The position numbers and the translations under genes were made by a program. Shown here in pieces: positions 1 to 10,232 of a stretch of 64,000 nucleotides of DNA. Origin of the DNA: a virus (Duplodnaviria > Caudoviricetes); IMG/VR virus record IMGVR_UViG_3300037067_027616, positions 128,001-192,000 of that record; one strand, given 5' to 3'. The notes under the pieces were generated by a model. It was given only the letters and a program-made list of their open reading frames with translations, had not been told where the DNA came from and did not search any database. Numbering within the stretch: position 1 is the first letter of the stretch; each line of letters opens with the position of its first letter.

Positions 1-140
1 GACCACGTCGCCGTACCAACAAACTTGATTTCTTTTCCGTTGACGGTCACCATGATCACAGTCCCTTCTTTGAGGTTGCCCGGATGATCCACTTGTGAAT
101 GACTTTAAAGATGCGCATAGACACCTCCCGGTTAAAGGAT

Positions 141-169
141 AATGTACTAAAATAATATACGTTTGTCAA
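141..169 (-). promoter_or_regulatory. sigma70-type promoter
   Basis: Minus strand TTGACA-17 nt-TACATT. Confidence 0.75.
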
Positions 170-187
170 CAGGAAACTTCAGGATTT

Positions 188-388
188 TCAAGAAAGGGGA
201 TTCACGTGCTTCGGTTTGGGAGCGGCTATGCATACTCTCACCGCGCTGCGTACCCTTCGCCACTCCAACCCGGACTTGATGCGGCGTGCTTGGGCGAGGA
301 CCTTCGCTTCATCCTCGCCCGTGGCGGTCACACCTACCTCACCAGAGTCCTCGAAGGACACCCACCATTGGAAGGCTGTCCCATTCAT
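188..388 (-). CDS. hypothetical protein
   Basis: ORF overlapping stop of upstream gene. Confidence 0.55.
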   Translation of the reverse strand: MNGTAFQWWVSFEDSGEVGVTATGEDEAKVLAQARRIKSGLEWRRVRSAVRVCIAAPKPKHVNPLS

Positions 389-981
389 GCGGTTGCCGCC
401 TGCGGGAACAAGTCCAACTGCTCCCCGTTACTTTTCAAGTCGCCGTCCACTTCCGCACGGGCCTCATTAAGGAGGCCGGACTTCTCAAAGTCACCGAGGA
501 AGCCCCACACGGAGGCGATGACGTCCCCGTCCTTGTCGGTGACCTTGAATCCGTAAGCGTCACCCCGAAGGTAGTGGTCATACTCTTCGACCTCGGCCTG
601 GAGGATGCCCATGAGGCGCTCGCGGCGCCGCGGGGTCACGACCTTCCACCCCATTTCCTTGCGGGCCTTTTCGAGGTCGATGAAGATGACTCCCACACAG
701 CTCGTGTCCCACCCCTGCGGGTCGCACGCATACGTCCCCGTGCTGATTGTTATACCGCTGTGGTCGAGAAGGTACAACGGAAGATGCACCGGGTTAGTGT
801 TCTTCAGGTGTTCCAGAAGGCTCTCACGGGTGTACCCGTGGTCCTTGTCCCCGAGGGTGTAGCGACTGTGGAAGCACACCATCGTTCCGAGGTTGTCATT
901 CTCACGGGGGTCGAAGGGTTCCTCGTCCTGTATAACCTCTATCTTATACCCCTTGTACTTCTGCGTGCTGATAACGGTCAT
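385..981 (-). CDS. conserved phage-type hypothetical protein (DPRE-DNLGTMVCFH motif)
   Basis: ORF; start moved to MTVIS after GGAGG RBS. Confidence 0.7.
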   Translation of the reverse strand: MTVISTQKYKGYKIEVIQDEEPFDPRENDNLGTMVCFHSRYTLGDKDHGYTRESLLEHLKNTNPVHLPLYLLDHSGITISTGTYACDPQGWDTSCVGVIFIDLEKARKEMGWKVVTPRRRERLMGILQAEVEEYDHYLRGDAYGFKVTDKDGDVIASVWGFLGDFEKSGLLNEARAEVDGDLKSNGEQLDLFPQAATA

Positions 982-1214
982 GTCATCCTCCGGGTTAGAA
1001 CCTTTAGTTGAATACACTTGTACGTGACCTTCTTGCAACCCTCCAAAGCTTTTCCAAACTTCACCAGTTCATCTGGAGAATCAGTGTTGACGGTCACAAC
1101 CATAGCACTTCCTTCTTCATTGCTGTGCCATTTACAAGGCAGTCCGGTCTTCTCCAACTTGTTCAAAGTTTCAAGTGGAGCATCGACCTCAATCTCTTTA
1201 ATCATACCGGGCAA
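978..1214 (-). CDS. hypothetical protein
   Basis: Tightly packed ORF in leftward operon. Confidence 0.5.
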   Translation of the reverse strand: MPGMIKEIEVDAPLETLNKLEKTGLPCKWHSNEEGSAMVVTVNTDSPDELVKFGKALEGCKKVTYKCIQLKVLTRRMT

Positions 1215-1474
1215 TGCTCGTGTTCGTATGAACCGTAGGGCTTGCCATCGAAGTCGGCAAGCATCTCATGGGGAAGTCCGGTACGCCCGCACTGCACACA
1301 CCGGAGAACGACCGTCCCCTCGATGTCCCGTGACCTCGAAGGGGCCGCCTGCACTGGAGCCAGGCGCCGGAGGCCGAGGACCTTCGCTACATCCTTCAGC
1401 GACGGGAGGAGTCCTTCCGCCACCGCCATCTCCATGCCGTCCCCCCGCAGGTACGCAAGTCTGACCTCGCTCAT
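1202..1474 (-). CDS. hypothetical protein
   Basis: ORF with GGAGG RBS, CxxC motif. Confidence 0.6.
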   Translation of the reverse strand: MSEVRLAYLRGDGMEMAVAEGLLPSLKDVAKVLGLRRLAPVQAAPSRSRDIEGTVVLRCVQCGRTGLPHEMLADFDGKPYGSYEHEHCPV

Positions 1475-1486
1475 GCTACCCTCCCG

Positions 1487-1948
1487 TCATCTCTTGAGGA
1501 CATACCGTAACGCCTTGGCCACCTCCAGGGAGGAGATGTCCAGGCCTTCCAGGGTCAGGGCACCGAGGAGCCGTGCCGCATCTTTCGGCAGGTGTTCCCC
1601 GTCCACGTACACTTCGTTACCCTTGTGGGTCACCAGCACATCTCCCCCGAGGATGTACGTCACCGCCGTACCGTCCGGCAGGGAGGACTTTGTAGACTTC
1701 GAAGCGTCTTTGTTTTCGCGTGTCATCCACACGAAAGTAGGCTCACGTTTGCGGCTCTCGAACTGCGCTGTCTTGTTCTGGTAGTCGATGGAGAAAATAC
1801 CGTCCTCCACCCCATCGGGGATGTGTCCGGGGTTCACCACCGGGAAGGTCTGTTGCAAGTTACCGTCCACCGCGAACACCTGTTGCCCGTGGCGCAGTAC
1901 GCGCAATCGCTGAAGGTTCATGCGGTCATCCTTTCTATATCTTATCAA
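1487..1948 (-). CDS. hypothetical protein
   Basis: ORF in operon; true start probably at 1921. Confidence 0.6.
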   Translation of the reverse strand: MIRYRKDDRMNLQRLRVLRHGQQVFAVDGNLQQTFPVVNPGHIPDGVEDGIFSIDYQNKTAQFESRKREPTFVWMTRENKDASKSTKSSLPDGTAVTYILGGDVLVTHKGNEVYVDGEHLPKDAARLLGALTLEGLDISSLEVAKALRYVLKR

Positions 1949-2570
1949 GGAAGTCGGTTACGTCTTTGCAGTGTTCAAGCAGGGAGGCGATGTCCGCGAT
2001 GTCCCCCGCCGATATCTTTTTACCATCGTCCCGTTTGGCTTCAACTACTTGGGTTATCTCCGGCATGTACTCGGGTTCCTTTGGCTCGGGGTACTCGTGT
2101 TCCTCCACACCTTTCGGAGTCACCACCACGATGTGCCGGATACCTTGCGCCTTCCCAAACACCTCGACCATCAACTTCGCAGCGAATTCATCCGAGGTAA
2201 CGGCCACCACCACGACCACGGCGGGCCGTACCATGATCAAGGCATTCAACCCGAACTCCGGGAGTTGCTTTGACACTTTGCGCAGACGTTCCTTAACCAT
2301 GGCGGGGTCACACCCCTTGAAATTCGAGTCGCTGATCCACCGCACCTCGACACCCTTGGCCTTCGAGTTGTGTTCGATGGCCTTCTTGAACGCGCCGAGG
2401 TCCAGGGACCCGGTGGTCTCTGGGGGAAGAAGCATGTACGCAATGTCCTTGCCCGCTGGTACCGGGATGAGGACGGAGTCGCAGCCCGCCTTGGCGAACC
2501 CCTCGCGTCCACCGGGGAAGTGGACGGCGATGGTCTTTTCAAGATACATACCCATCAAGTAACTTGGCAT
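1935..2570 (-). CDS. hypothetical protein
   Basis: ORF with AAGGAG RBS directly after promoter. Confidence 0.75.
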   Translation of the reverse strand: MPSYLMGMYLEKTIAVHFPGGREGFAKAGCDSVLIPVPAGKDIAYMLLPPETTGSLDLGAFKKAIEHNSKAKGVEVRWISDSNFKGCDPAMVKERLRKVSKQLPEFGLNALIMVRPAVVVVVAVTSDEFAAKLMVEVFGKAQGIRHIVVVTPKGVEEHEYPEPKEPEYMPEITQVVEAKRDDGKKISAGDIADIASLLEHCKDVTDFLDKI

Positions 2571-2590
2571 GATTTACTCCTTCCACTTTT

Positions 2591-2619
2591 AATATACCAA
2601 AGTAACACGGGCCTGTCAA
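2591..2619 (-). promoter_or_regulatory. sigma70-type promoter
   Basis: TTGACA-17-TATATT. Confidence 0.8.
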
Positions 2620-2621
2620 CG

Positions 2622-2894
2622 CTATTCTACTTCGTACCCCATGTTTTTGACAACGGCCCACAGGCTCACGATGCTTGCGAACTGATCCGCAGGGGTGTAC
2701 TTCACGATCACAAAGTCACCTTCCGCGAGTCGGTAGTCAATGGAGTCAATGTTAAGCACGGCGAATCGCACCACCTTGCCTTCCGGCAGTCTGACTTCTA
2801 CGCCGTACGTATAGGTGGCACCCGGAGGGGCATTAAATATTTCGCCAAGGGAGAAGCATATATCGTCTTTCGTTTTAACCGTTTCGTGTAGCAT
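2622..2894 (-). CDS. hypothetical protein
   Basis: ORF with GGAGG RBS. Confidence 0.65.
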   Translation of the reverse strand: MLHETVKTKDDICFSLGEIFNAPPGATYTYGVEVRLPEGKVVRFAVLNIDSIDYRLAEGDFVIVKYTPADQFASIVSLWAVVKNMGYEVE

Positions 2895-2952
2895 GTCATC
2901 CTCCTGCGGTTGGACCTCGGGGCCGGGCGGCCCCGAGGATGTTGAGTAGAAC

Positions 2953-3744
2953 CTATGCCGTCACCGGCACGCCCTTCAGCGTCGCTTCCGCCTCGGCCTC
3001 CATCTTGGCCTTGGCTTCGGCGGCTATTTTGCGATCCTCGGCCTTAATCGTTTTGTTATTGGCGATCTCGTCCACGAACCGAGGCGTGAACTCCGGCACC
3101 ACACTGAACTTGTGTAGCTTGTTCATGGCGATGTCAAGGTAGTCGGCCCGATCCGCACTCGTCTTGAGTGCAAGGCGGCACAACCACGACACCCACCCAC
3201 TCACCTGTGCCGCCGAAAGCGGCTTGATGTTCGGGTTGTTCTTGTTGATGAAGTCGGCGATAGGCTGACAGTCACCGCCGTCCATCAGTTTCTGGTTAGC
3301 GTTCCACCACTTGTTGATGGCATCACGGCCATCGGGCGGGATGTCGTTTTCCTTGCGGGAAACTTTGTTCACCACATCCTTCAGCCTGCGGAACTTGCCA
3401 CCCGCCTCCACCGTCTGGTGAAGGGTGGGCATACGGACGTTCGTGCCACCGCCCACAGGTTTCTCGACCACCTTGATCTCGGTGACCTTGACCTGTTTTT
3501 CCACGACCTTCTCACGGATGACTTCACGCACCCGGAAGAACTCTTCGATCTTCTCACGGGTATAACGCTCCGTCAACTCCACGAACTTCGGATCGTTCGT
3601 GATGGACGGGTCACTCTCCGCAAGCATCGGCAACACGAGTCCACCGAACACCATCTCCCACGGCTTCAGCATGTGGGAGTGTTCCGGGGTGAGTGTCTTG
3701 GCACTCACGGCGGCGATGACTTCGGTCAGCAACTTCGTGTCCAT
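2953..3744 (-). CDS. hypothetical protein
   Basis: ORF; start at MDTK after GGAGG RBS and promoter. Confidence 0.75.
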   Translation of the reverse strand: MDTKLLTEVIAAVSAKTLTPEHSHMLKPWEMVFGGLVLPMLAESDPSITNDPKFVELTERYTREKIEEFFRVREVIREKVVEKQVKVTEIKVVEKPVGGGTNVRMPTLHQTVEAGGKFRRLKDVVNKVSRKENDIPPDGRDAINKWWNANQKLMDGGDCQPIADFINKNNPNIKPLSAAQVSGWVSWLCRLALKTSADRADYLDIAMNKLHKFSVVPEFTPRFVDEIANNKTIKAEDRKIAAEAKAKMEAEAEATLKGVPVTA

Positions 3745-3763
3745 ACTACCTCCCATTGAAAGG

Positions 3764-3792
3764 AATATACTAAAATAATACCCGTCTGTCAA
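3764..3792 (-). promoter_or_regulatory. sigma70-type promoter
   Basis: TTGACA-17-TATATT. Confidence 0.8.
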
Positions 3793-3815
3793 CAACTTTC
3801 TTGAAAAACCTGAAA

Positions 3816-5522
3816 CTATTTTGACCGTTCGGAGCGATGACGACCAAGTATCTCGGTCATCCTCTTGACCAAATATGTTCCTATTTGATCGGGCAAAAGG
3901 TCTATGAAGTCATCACCAAAGATCGGTGACAACTTAACCTGTATACCCACGCCGATGACGACCACGCCGTTTTTGCGCATGGCATCCACCACCTCGCGAC
4001 ATGCACCTGTACCTTGATCACAATTCGGTTGACCATCAGTCAACACGATGGCGATCTTTTTGTTCTCGCGGCGGGTGAGCAACCTCTTGGCCATGATTAT
4101 CATGGACGACCCAAGCGGCGTGCCGCCGAAACCAAACGGATACACCCGCGTCATGGCTTTTCCCTGCCATGTTTCTTCAAATGACTTTGACATAAGATGA
4201 TACTCGCGGGAAAAATACGCTACTTCAAAAGGCACCTGTGCCTTGTTAAAGTAGTACGCCATGCCATGCACCACCAAAGCGGAATATGTGTTCCGATTGT
4301 GATTCTTCATGGACGAACTTCCATCTATCAAGATGGACACGGCCGCCCTGTCAAGTCCGCCCTCACGGCACTGCGTGTATAAGTCCTTGCGTACATCCAT
4401 GCGATCACCCACGAGTGACCGCACGTCCAGGCGCCCGCAAGTCCGGTTATACACGGTCACCGGACGGTTATACGCAATCATTTCACGGGTCATTCTGCAC
4501 CCGTCCGCACCAAGCAACTTGACACCTTCTGCGGATAGTTCCTGTGCGTTTTTGATGTCCCCGTTATCCATTTGGTAAACACGGTTCTCGTCAACTTTAA
4601 TATTGTTGTGTTCCTCTGCCGATACCTCGGCACGTTCCTTGATCATCTCGGAGATCGTTTTGCCCTCGGCCTCTTCGATCTCTTTGATTATCTCGTCCAC
4701 TTCTTTGGCGGCAGCTTTCTTCTGCGCGGGAGTCAGTCCACCCGCACCATTGGCACCCTCGGAGTCCTCGGCATCCTCGGAGTCCTCGGCATCCTCGGAG
4801 TCCTTGGCACCCTCGGAGTCCTCGGCATCCTCGGAGTCCTTGTCACCTTCGGCACCCTTGGAGTCCTGTTTTTTCTGGTGCTGTTCGGCATCCTGTTCAA
4901 GCATCTTGCGTAGACGCTCGAACACCACCTGGCCCAGGTCAATCGTCTGTTGCGGGTCAGTGGCGTCGACCACGGCATCGACCACATCGGACAACGCACG
5001 GTCATAAATGTCATCGACCGTCTTTGACGTGTTGATGTCCGCGACCACACCTAACTGTTTGCACCGTGCAACAACCAGAAGCTTACACAATGCACCACGC
5101 ACGGCGGTAGGCACATCATCCGCCATGAACACCTTGTCTGTGCCTAAACGGGAAGCGGCTTTCTTAAACGTGCGGTAGAACCCCGCACGCCACGCCCTTA
5201 ACCCCGGATAGTTCCGAAGTTCCTGTGCGTTCTCTACTCGTACATCCTCGATACAATTTCTCACATAGTGTTCGAGTTTGTTAGTGGCCATGCCGACACT
5301 GAACGACCCTTCGGTGATGTGTGCCGGCTCGTGGCTGATCATGTGCGTGTGTATGGCTACGTCCATGTCATCCGCCGTGATCGGAATCTGCGGGATGTAA
5401 ACGGTTTTGCCATCGGTGCAGGCGTTTCTTTTGCCGATGACGACCGACACGTTCTCGCCGGACATGAGGCGACAAAGCGCCTCGGTACGGCTGAACACGT
5501 TCTTTATATAATCCCGTATCAT
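3816..5522 (-). CDS. CobT-like protein (N-terminal HExxH metallopeptidase-like domain, acidic linker, C-terminal VWA)
   Basis: HEPAH and NCIEDVRVE motifs; MIDAS DGSSSM, GGTP, LTDG. Confidence 0.85.
   Translation of the reverse strand: MIRDYIKNVFSRTEALCRLMSGENVSVVIGKRNACTDGKTVYIPQIPITADDMDVAIHTHMISHEPAHITEGSFSVGMATNKLEHYVRNCIEDVRVENAQELRNYPGLRAWRAGFYRTFKKAASRLGTDKVFMADDVPTAVRGALCKLLVVARCKQLGVVADINTSKTVDDIYDRALSDVVDAVVDATDPQQTIDLGQVVFERLRKMLEQDAEQHQKKQDSKGAEGDKDSEDAEDSEGAKDSEDAEDSEDAEDSEGANGAGGLTPAQKKAAAKEVDEIIKEIEEAEGKTISEMIKERAEVSAEEHNNIKVDENRVYQMDNGDIKNAQELSAEGVKLLGADGCRMTREMIAYNRPVTVYNRTCGRLDVRSLVGDRMDVRKDLYTQCREGGLDRAAVSILIDGSSSMKNHNRNTYSALVVHGMAYYFNKAQVPFEVAYFSREYHLMSKSFEETWQGKAMTRVYPFGFGGTPLGSSMIIMAKRLLTRRENKKIAIVLTDGQPNCDQGTGACREVVDAMRKNGVVVIGVGIQVKLSPIFGDDFIDLLPDQIGTYLVKRMTEILGRHRSERSK
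4742..4866 (-). repeat. 9-nt periodic tandem repeat encoding acidic (EDS/EDA) linker
   Basis: Repeats of ctcggagtc/ctcggcatc. Confidence 0.85.
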
Positions 5523-5550
5523 GATCCCCCCTTGTGGGGGCGCGGCGCTT

Positions 5551-6687
5551 TTAGCGCCACGCCAATTCGGTCTGCACTGCCTCGGCGGTACCCTTGTCCG
5601 CCGTTTTGCCCACGAACGTAGGCCATGCGGCAGGCACTACGACCTTTGACCATAGGTCACTGTCGCAAGTACCAGAGAACCCGCGTTTGATACCCCGCGC
5701 CACCTCGCGGCACCATGATTCGGTTTCGCGGTGTGACACGATGAGATCGATGCTCCGCCCCTCGTACAGGGCGCGGATGTTGTTCGCCGCCGCGACCATC
5801 TTTTTAATGATGGTCAACGGGACTTCCGGCACACGGGCCTTCAACAACTTGGCCTCGGAATCCGGAACCATGTACCGTACTTCGACCATGTAAGATACGC
5901 GGGTCATCAGCGCACGGCTCTGTATCTGCGTGTGCGCATACTCCGCCACGTTCTCGCCGAACCCTATGGAGTTTCCGGCGAGTATGCTACGGAATCTCGG
6001 ATGCTTTTCGTACGACTTGCACCCGTTGATCCAATACTGCAACTTGCGTATCTTGCGGTCAAACAGCGGGTGACATACCGCGTTCACCCCGGCAGGAACT
6101 ACGTCACACTCATCGAAGAAGAAGACATGGCCTTCGACTGCCGCGTTCAACGCCTTGCCAAGGCGTTCGACCACGACCCGGTTACCGTGGCCATCGTAGG
6201 CCAGATCAACATCACCGATCAACTCGGCAACACGCGTTTCCGGCGAGCCGTTCAACTGATCAAGGACGTAGGGAACATCTTTGTACGGCTCAAGGTCCTC
6301 GGCCTGTTTCCCGGCCTTGACCTGTGCGGCGTTCCGTGCGAACACCTTGCGGTTATGTTCCCGCACGGGATTGTTGAACAGGTCAACAAGGTGACTGACA
6401 AGCGTACCCTTGCCGGAACCCGAAGGCCCATACAGGTACACCACTTCATCACCGATCACCGCGTCCGCCACCTCTTTGACCGGGACTTCCCGGTTACCTT
6501 GGAACAGGATGCCTGTGTCAATGTAATCCGGCACCGATGCCGTGATCAACTCTGGCGGCGGCTCGATGGCATGTATCTTCGCCATCTCAACTTCGCGTGC
6601 CGCACGCTCGACTTTCGCCGTGTCCGTCTTGCTCAATTTGTCGAGCAAGTCACAAACCCCGGCGACCGAAGCATTCATTTCGCTCAT
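5551..6687 (-). CDS. CobS/MoxR-like AAA+ ATPase
   Basis: Walker A GPSGSGKG, Walker B FFFDE, AGN sensor; adjacent VWA partner. Confidence 0.85.
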   Translation of the reverse strand: MSEMNASVAGVCDLLDKLSKTDTAKVERAAREVEMAKIHAIEPPPELITASVPDYIDTGILFQGNREVPVKEVADAVIGDEVVYLYGPSGSGKGTLVSHLVDLFNNPVREHNRKVFARNAAQVKAGKQAEDLEPYKDVPYVLDQLNGSPETRVAELIGDVDLAYDGHGNRVVVERLGKALNAAVEGHVFFFDECDVVPAGVNAVCHPLFDRKIRKLQYWINGCKSYEKHPRFRSILAGNSIGFGENVAEYAHTQIQSRALMTRVSYMVEVRYMVPDSEAKLLKARVPEVPLTIIKKMVAAANNIRALYEGRSIDLIVSHRETESWCREVARGIKRGFSGTCDSDLWSKVVVPAAWPTFVGKTADKGTAEAVQTELAWR

Positions 6688-6880
6688 TGCTCCCCCTCGT
6701 TAGAGGATGTATGACTATCGGACGTCCACCGCCACGGGGGCAGTGGTTTTTGTGTATATCGCTTCAAGCCGCACGGCCCGTACTTCGGCCTTGCGGTGAT
6801 ACTCGCGGCGGTCATACTCCCGCCGTGCCTGTTGCCCGTATGTGCGAAACCTCTTCAGTTTATCTGCCATGGTGTTCGTC

Positions 6881-7075
6881 CTATGCGTTGATCACGTCCC
6901 GCACGTCTTTCGATGTGCCAAGGATGATCCGTAGGTTCATGATGTCATCGGCGCTGATCACCTTGCGATCCTCGTACTTCCGGTGGTCCGCTTCTATCTG
7001 CACCTTCAATGCCCACGCCGCACGTTCCGTGTCGGGCGCGGTGGGTGTTCCTCTGTGTTCGGGGTGCATGGTCAT
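6881..7075 (-). CDS. hypothetical protein
   Basis: ORF; C-terminal motif shared with 1935..2570. Confidence 0.6.
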   Translation of the reverse strand: MTMHPEHRGTPTAPDTERAAWALKVQIEADHRKYEDRKVISADDIMNLRIILGTSKDVRDVINA

Positions 7076-7321
7076 CCTCCGGGGTAAATCAGTGACAGGA
7101 TCGTTTCGTCCGGATACGCGATCCCCGGCTCGGTTATTCCCTCGTCCCGCTCGGCCTCGTATGCATCAAGCATACGATCCACCCGCCTTGCGGTGGCGAT
7201 CCCGGCCTTGCACGTTTTGATCGCTTCAAGGCGAATCTTCGCCACGGCCTTGCGTCCCCCGAGTAAATCCAAAACGTATTTGTTGTTGTGCATGTCCATC
7301 CTCCCGTGAAGGTGAAGTAAC

Positions 7322-7350
7322 AATATACTAAAACAATACGCGGTGCGCAA
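7322..7350 (-). promoter_or_regulatory. sigma70-type promoter
   Basis: TTGCGC-17-TATATT, same AT-rich spacer as the other early promoters. Confidence 0.6.
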
Positions 7351-7372
7351 CCTTTATTTCAAGTTTTTCAAG

Positions 7373-8086
7373 TTACGCGGCGACTTCGCTTTCTACCTTG
7401 TCAAGTATAACGATGTCCCCGAGTGTATCCCGAAGCACGTTGCCACGGGCCTCGGTGTCAATGTCCTTGTAGCTTCTGTCACAATCGCTAACCACGTTTC
7501 CATTGGCGGCAACGTATACCCGATCCACGTTTACATCATCGTCGTACTCTTCCACCTCGAACGGCTGAAATGCTCGCGGTTCCCGTCCGCCGATACAGTT
7601 CTCTTCCGCGCGTCCCGTGCGGATGACATACTCTTCATCTTTCGGCCCGTGACGTTCCTTGCTTAAAAACGCAAGGCCTTTGTATACGTTCGGTATGTTT
7701 ACTTCCTCGTGGAACATGTCACCGCTCACGGTCAACGCGGTGATCCCTTCTTCGGCCTCATCGAGTGTTGAATACAGATCAAGCAAACACAGGGCAAAAC
7801 GTTTTGCCGTCTTGGCGTTCGTCTTACCGTTCGTGACCACGAAAAAATTACCGATAGACACCCGCGCCGCCCGTGCGGCCTCGATCACCTTCTCAATCAC
7901 AGGCACCGCCATTGTCGGCTCGCCACCTGTGAAGGTGACGTCACCCACGTGACGCACACCCTTGAACATGGCGGCGATCACTTCGTCACTCATGTCAAGG
8001 CGCTGGGCGTTTCCCCGCAAGCAATGTTCACATTTCATGTTGCACTTGCGGGTAACTTCAACGATCAAATTGTTGATGTTCAGCAT
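7373..8086 (-). CDS. radical SAM protein
   Basis: CNMKCEHC, FTGGEP, VTNG. Confidence 0.9.
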   Translation of the reverse strand: MLNINNLIVEVTRKCNMKCEHCLRGNAQRLDMSDEVIAAMFKGVRHVGDVTFTGGEPTMAVPVIEKVIEAARAARVSIGNFFVVTNGKTNAKTAKRFALCLLDLYSTLDEAEEGITALTVSGDMFHEEVNIPNVYKGLAFLSKERHGPKDEEYVIRTGRAEENCIGGREPRAFQPFEVEEYDDDVNVDRVYVAANGNVVSDCDRSYKDIDTEARGNVLRDTLGDIVILDKVESEVAA

Positions 8087-8134
8087 GGGGAACCTGGCCC
8101 GTGTACCACGCCCACGGGCAGGCGGTAGATGGTT

Positions 8135-8794
8135 CTACGCAACAGACACGCCCACGCCGATCGGCGCGGAGTTTATCGCTTCCAAGAAACTCACCTGGCG
8201 GGCCTCGATCATGTCGGCAAGCAATGCCGCCGCGCCCCTGTGGGCGTCCGCCTCGGCACTCATGCGGGACAGCGTTTCGTTCAGCCCGGCGATCTTCACC
8301 TTGATGCTTTCCACGTCCGCCGCCGCCGTCCGGGCCTCATCCCGGACCCTTGCAAACTCTTCCCGGCTCACCGTCCCGCCCACGCGGCGGGCCTTCTCGG
8401 TCACCCGCCCCGCCTTCTCGGCGAGGGCCTCGGCCTTGTGTTTCATCCATTCGAGTTTTCCGGCCTTGTCGGTGACCTGCATTTCGACCGCATCGGCCCG
8501 GTCAATCAGCCGCGACCTGTGCCACCGAAGATCGTTGACCGAAAATCCCGTGTCACCCGGGAACGCTCCCGGGATGCTGACCGCGAGTAAAGCGCGGTCA
8601 ATGGGCGCGGCCTCGTCACTCCGGCACGCCGCCACCAGACGCGACACCATGTCGCGCCGCCACGCGTTCGCCTGCATGATCCGGTCATTCATAAAGCCCC
8701 CCGTGTAGTTATCGGGTACACGGCCCCGTATAGGTTTCCCCGTTTGCGTACCAATCAGCGGCACCGCGTGAAGGTGGGGGTAAAACGCCGCCAT
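8135..8794 (-). CDS. coiled-coil hypothetical protein
   Basis: Ala/Glu/Arg-rich ORF; start probably at MNDR (~8691). Confidence 0.6.
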   Translation of the reverse strand: MAAFYPHLHAVPLIGTQTGKPIRGRVPDNYTGGFMNDRIMQANAWRRDMVSRLVAACRSDEAAPIDRALLAVSIPGAFPGDTGFSVNDLRWHRSRLIDRADAVEMQVTDKAGKLEWMKHKAEALAEKAGRVTEKARRVGGTVSREEFARVRDEARTAAADVESIKVKIAGLNETLSRMSAEADAHRGAAALLADMIEARQVSFLEAINSAPIGVGVSVA

Positions 8795-8911
8795 GTATTA
8801 TGGGGCAGCCTTGCGACTGCCCCGTAGTAGTGTTTGCGAGTGTGTACGGTAGTTACAGGAAGGTCACCCCCTGTTAAGGTGAGAAGCGGTCACGGCCCAC
8901 GGGGCCGATTG

Positions 8912-9520
8912 TTACTTCATGATCGGGACGTAAGCTTTTCCGTTCACCGTCAGCGAACGGATCGATTCGAGTTTGTAAGTCCGCACGATCACTTCGCGGC
9001 CATCGTCAACGCCTTGGTTGCTTGGCGTGTGTTCCACGTCAAGGAAATTCACCAGACGATCACGAGGTATATCCGTCCCGGTTGTGATGTCGACGAACCG
9101 GGTGCGCGGCTTCAGATGTATCCACGAACCATCCGCCCTCTGGGCCTTGCCGACATAGGCCGCCCAGAAGTACAACTCGGAGGGATTCTTTTTGTTGCGC
9201 CGGAGCAAGGGCGCGCCCGGCACTGCCTCGTGCCAGCATTTTCCTGCCATGTAGGCGGACGGATCTTTGCCTTCCCGTTCCAATTCCGCCTCGACCATCT
9301 TTTTGTATTCCGGGCCGCAAAGAACGGCGGAGTTTGTGATCTTCCGCACGTTCGCACGGTTAATAGACGGAAAGAGAATTTCCCACGGCGTTTTCGTAAC
9401 ACGATCTTTGACCGTGAGTTTTGGCACCGTGCAACCGCACAACCCCGCAAACGGCTTGCGGGTGATGCCGCTGATCGCCGCCACAAACTCCGCCACCGTC
9501 ACCATGTGAATCTTGGCCAT
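8912..9520 (-). CDS. hypothetical protein (first gene after early promoter)
   Basis: ORF with GGGGG RBS. Confidence 0.75.
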   Translation of the reverse strand: MAKIHMVTVAEFVAAISGITRKPFAGLCGCTVPKLTVKDRVTKTPWEILFPSINRANVRKITNSAVLCGPEYKKMVEAELEREGKDPSAYMAGKCWHEAVPGAPLLRRNKKNPSELYFWAAYVGKAQRADGSWIHLKPRTRFVDITTGTDIPRDRLVNFLDVEHTPSNQGVDDGREVIVRTYKLESIRSLTVNGKAYVPIMK

Positions 9521-9572
9521 CTATTCCCCCCGCGCAGTTATCGGGTGCGCGGCCCCGTGAGAGTGAAAGAAC

Positions 9573-9601
9573 AATATACACAAAGAATATACGTTTGTCA
9601 A
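9573..9601 (-). promoter_or_regulatory. sigma70-type promoter
   Basis: TTGACA-17-TATATT. Confidence 0.8.
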
Positions 9602-9628
9602 CACCCATATTCAAGTTTATCAAGTTTC

Positions 9629-9832
9629 CCCTTACACCCATAACAGGGAGTTTAGATAGGGAATCCGGGCACGGATTTTTCCCGCCCCCCTTGTTGCCCT
9701 TCACCCAATACAGGGAGGACAGGTAGGCAAACCGGGCACGGATTTTTCCCCCTTGTTGCCGTGCCGCTTGTTGCCCTTACACACCATACAGGGAGTTTAG
9801 ATAGGGAATCCGGGCACGGATTTTTTCCCCCC
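9629..9832. repeat. three ~55-bp imperfect direct repeats (cctt..ca..acagggag...ccgggcacggatttttccc)
   Basis: Copies at ~9629, ~9697 and ~9774; copies 1 and 3 nearly identical. Confidence 0.9.
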
Positions 9833-9973
9833 TATACCTATATATGGCCTATTGTAAAAAAGCTAAAACAGCGCAAAAGGCATGCCAACCCCGCCCCCCG
9901 GGTTTGAGGATCGTACGAATTTTCAACGACTTATGCATCCATGACGGAAAATTTTCTACATATCCACAGGGAC

Positions 9974-10052
9974 GGGTACGGGGACTTTCCTTGGGTGACC
10001 TTTCCTTGGTAACCTCTCCTCTCCTACCTATCGGTACGGGGACTTTCCTTGG
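9974..10052. repeat. direct repeat ggtacggggactttccttgg (x2)
   Basis: Seen at ~9975 and ~10033. Confidence 0.85.
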
Positions 10053-10232
10053 TCGATAGTTTCACATTCCAAGTACATCATCCATAGGTATCTTGGGGGC
10101 GCCCTTCAGTATTCATCTTGGATTCTGTTGTGGGGCCTTCCTGGGGGCCTTCCCGGGCAGTTATTCTATTTTCCGTGTTGTGGGCAGGGTATGGTTGCGC
10201 GGATGGTTTGTAGGGGTTATATTTGATTCTAT

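Noticed and set aside
9629-9832. CRISPR array
   Set aside because: Only three long degenerate repeats with short, unequal, self-similar gaps and no cas genes.
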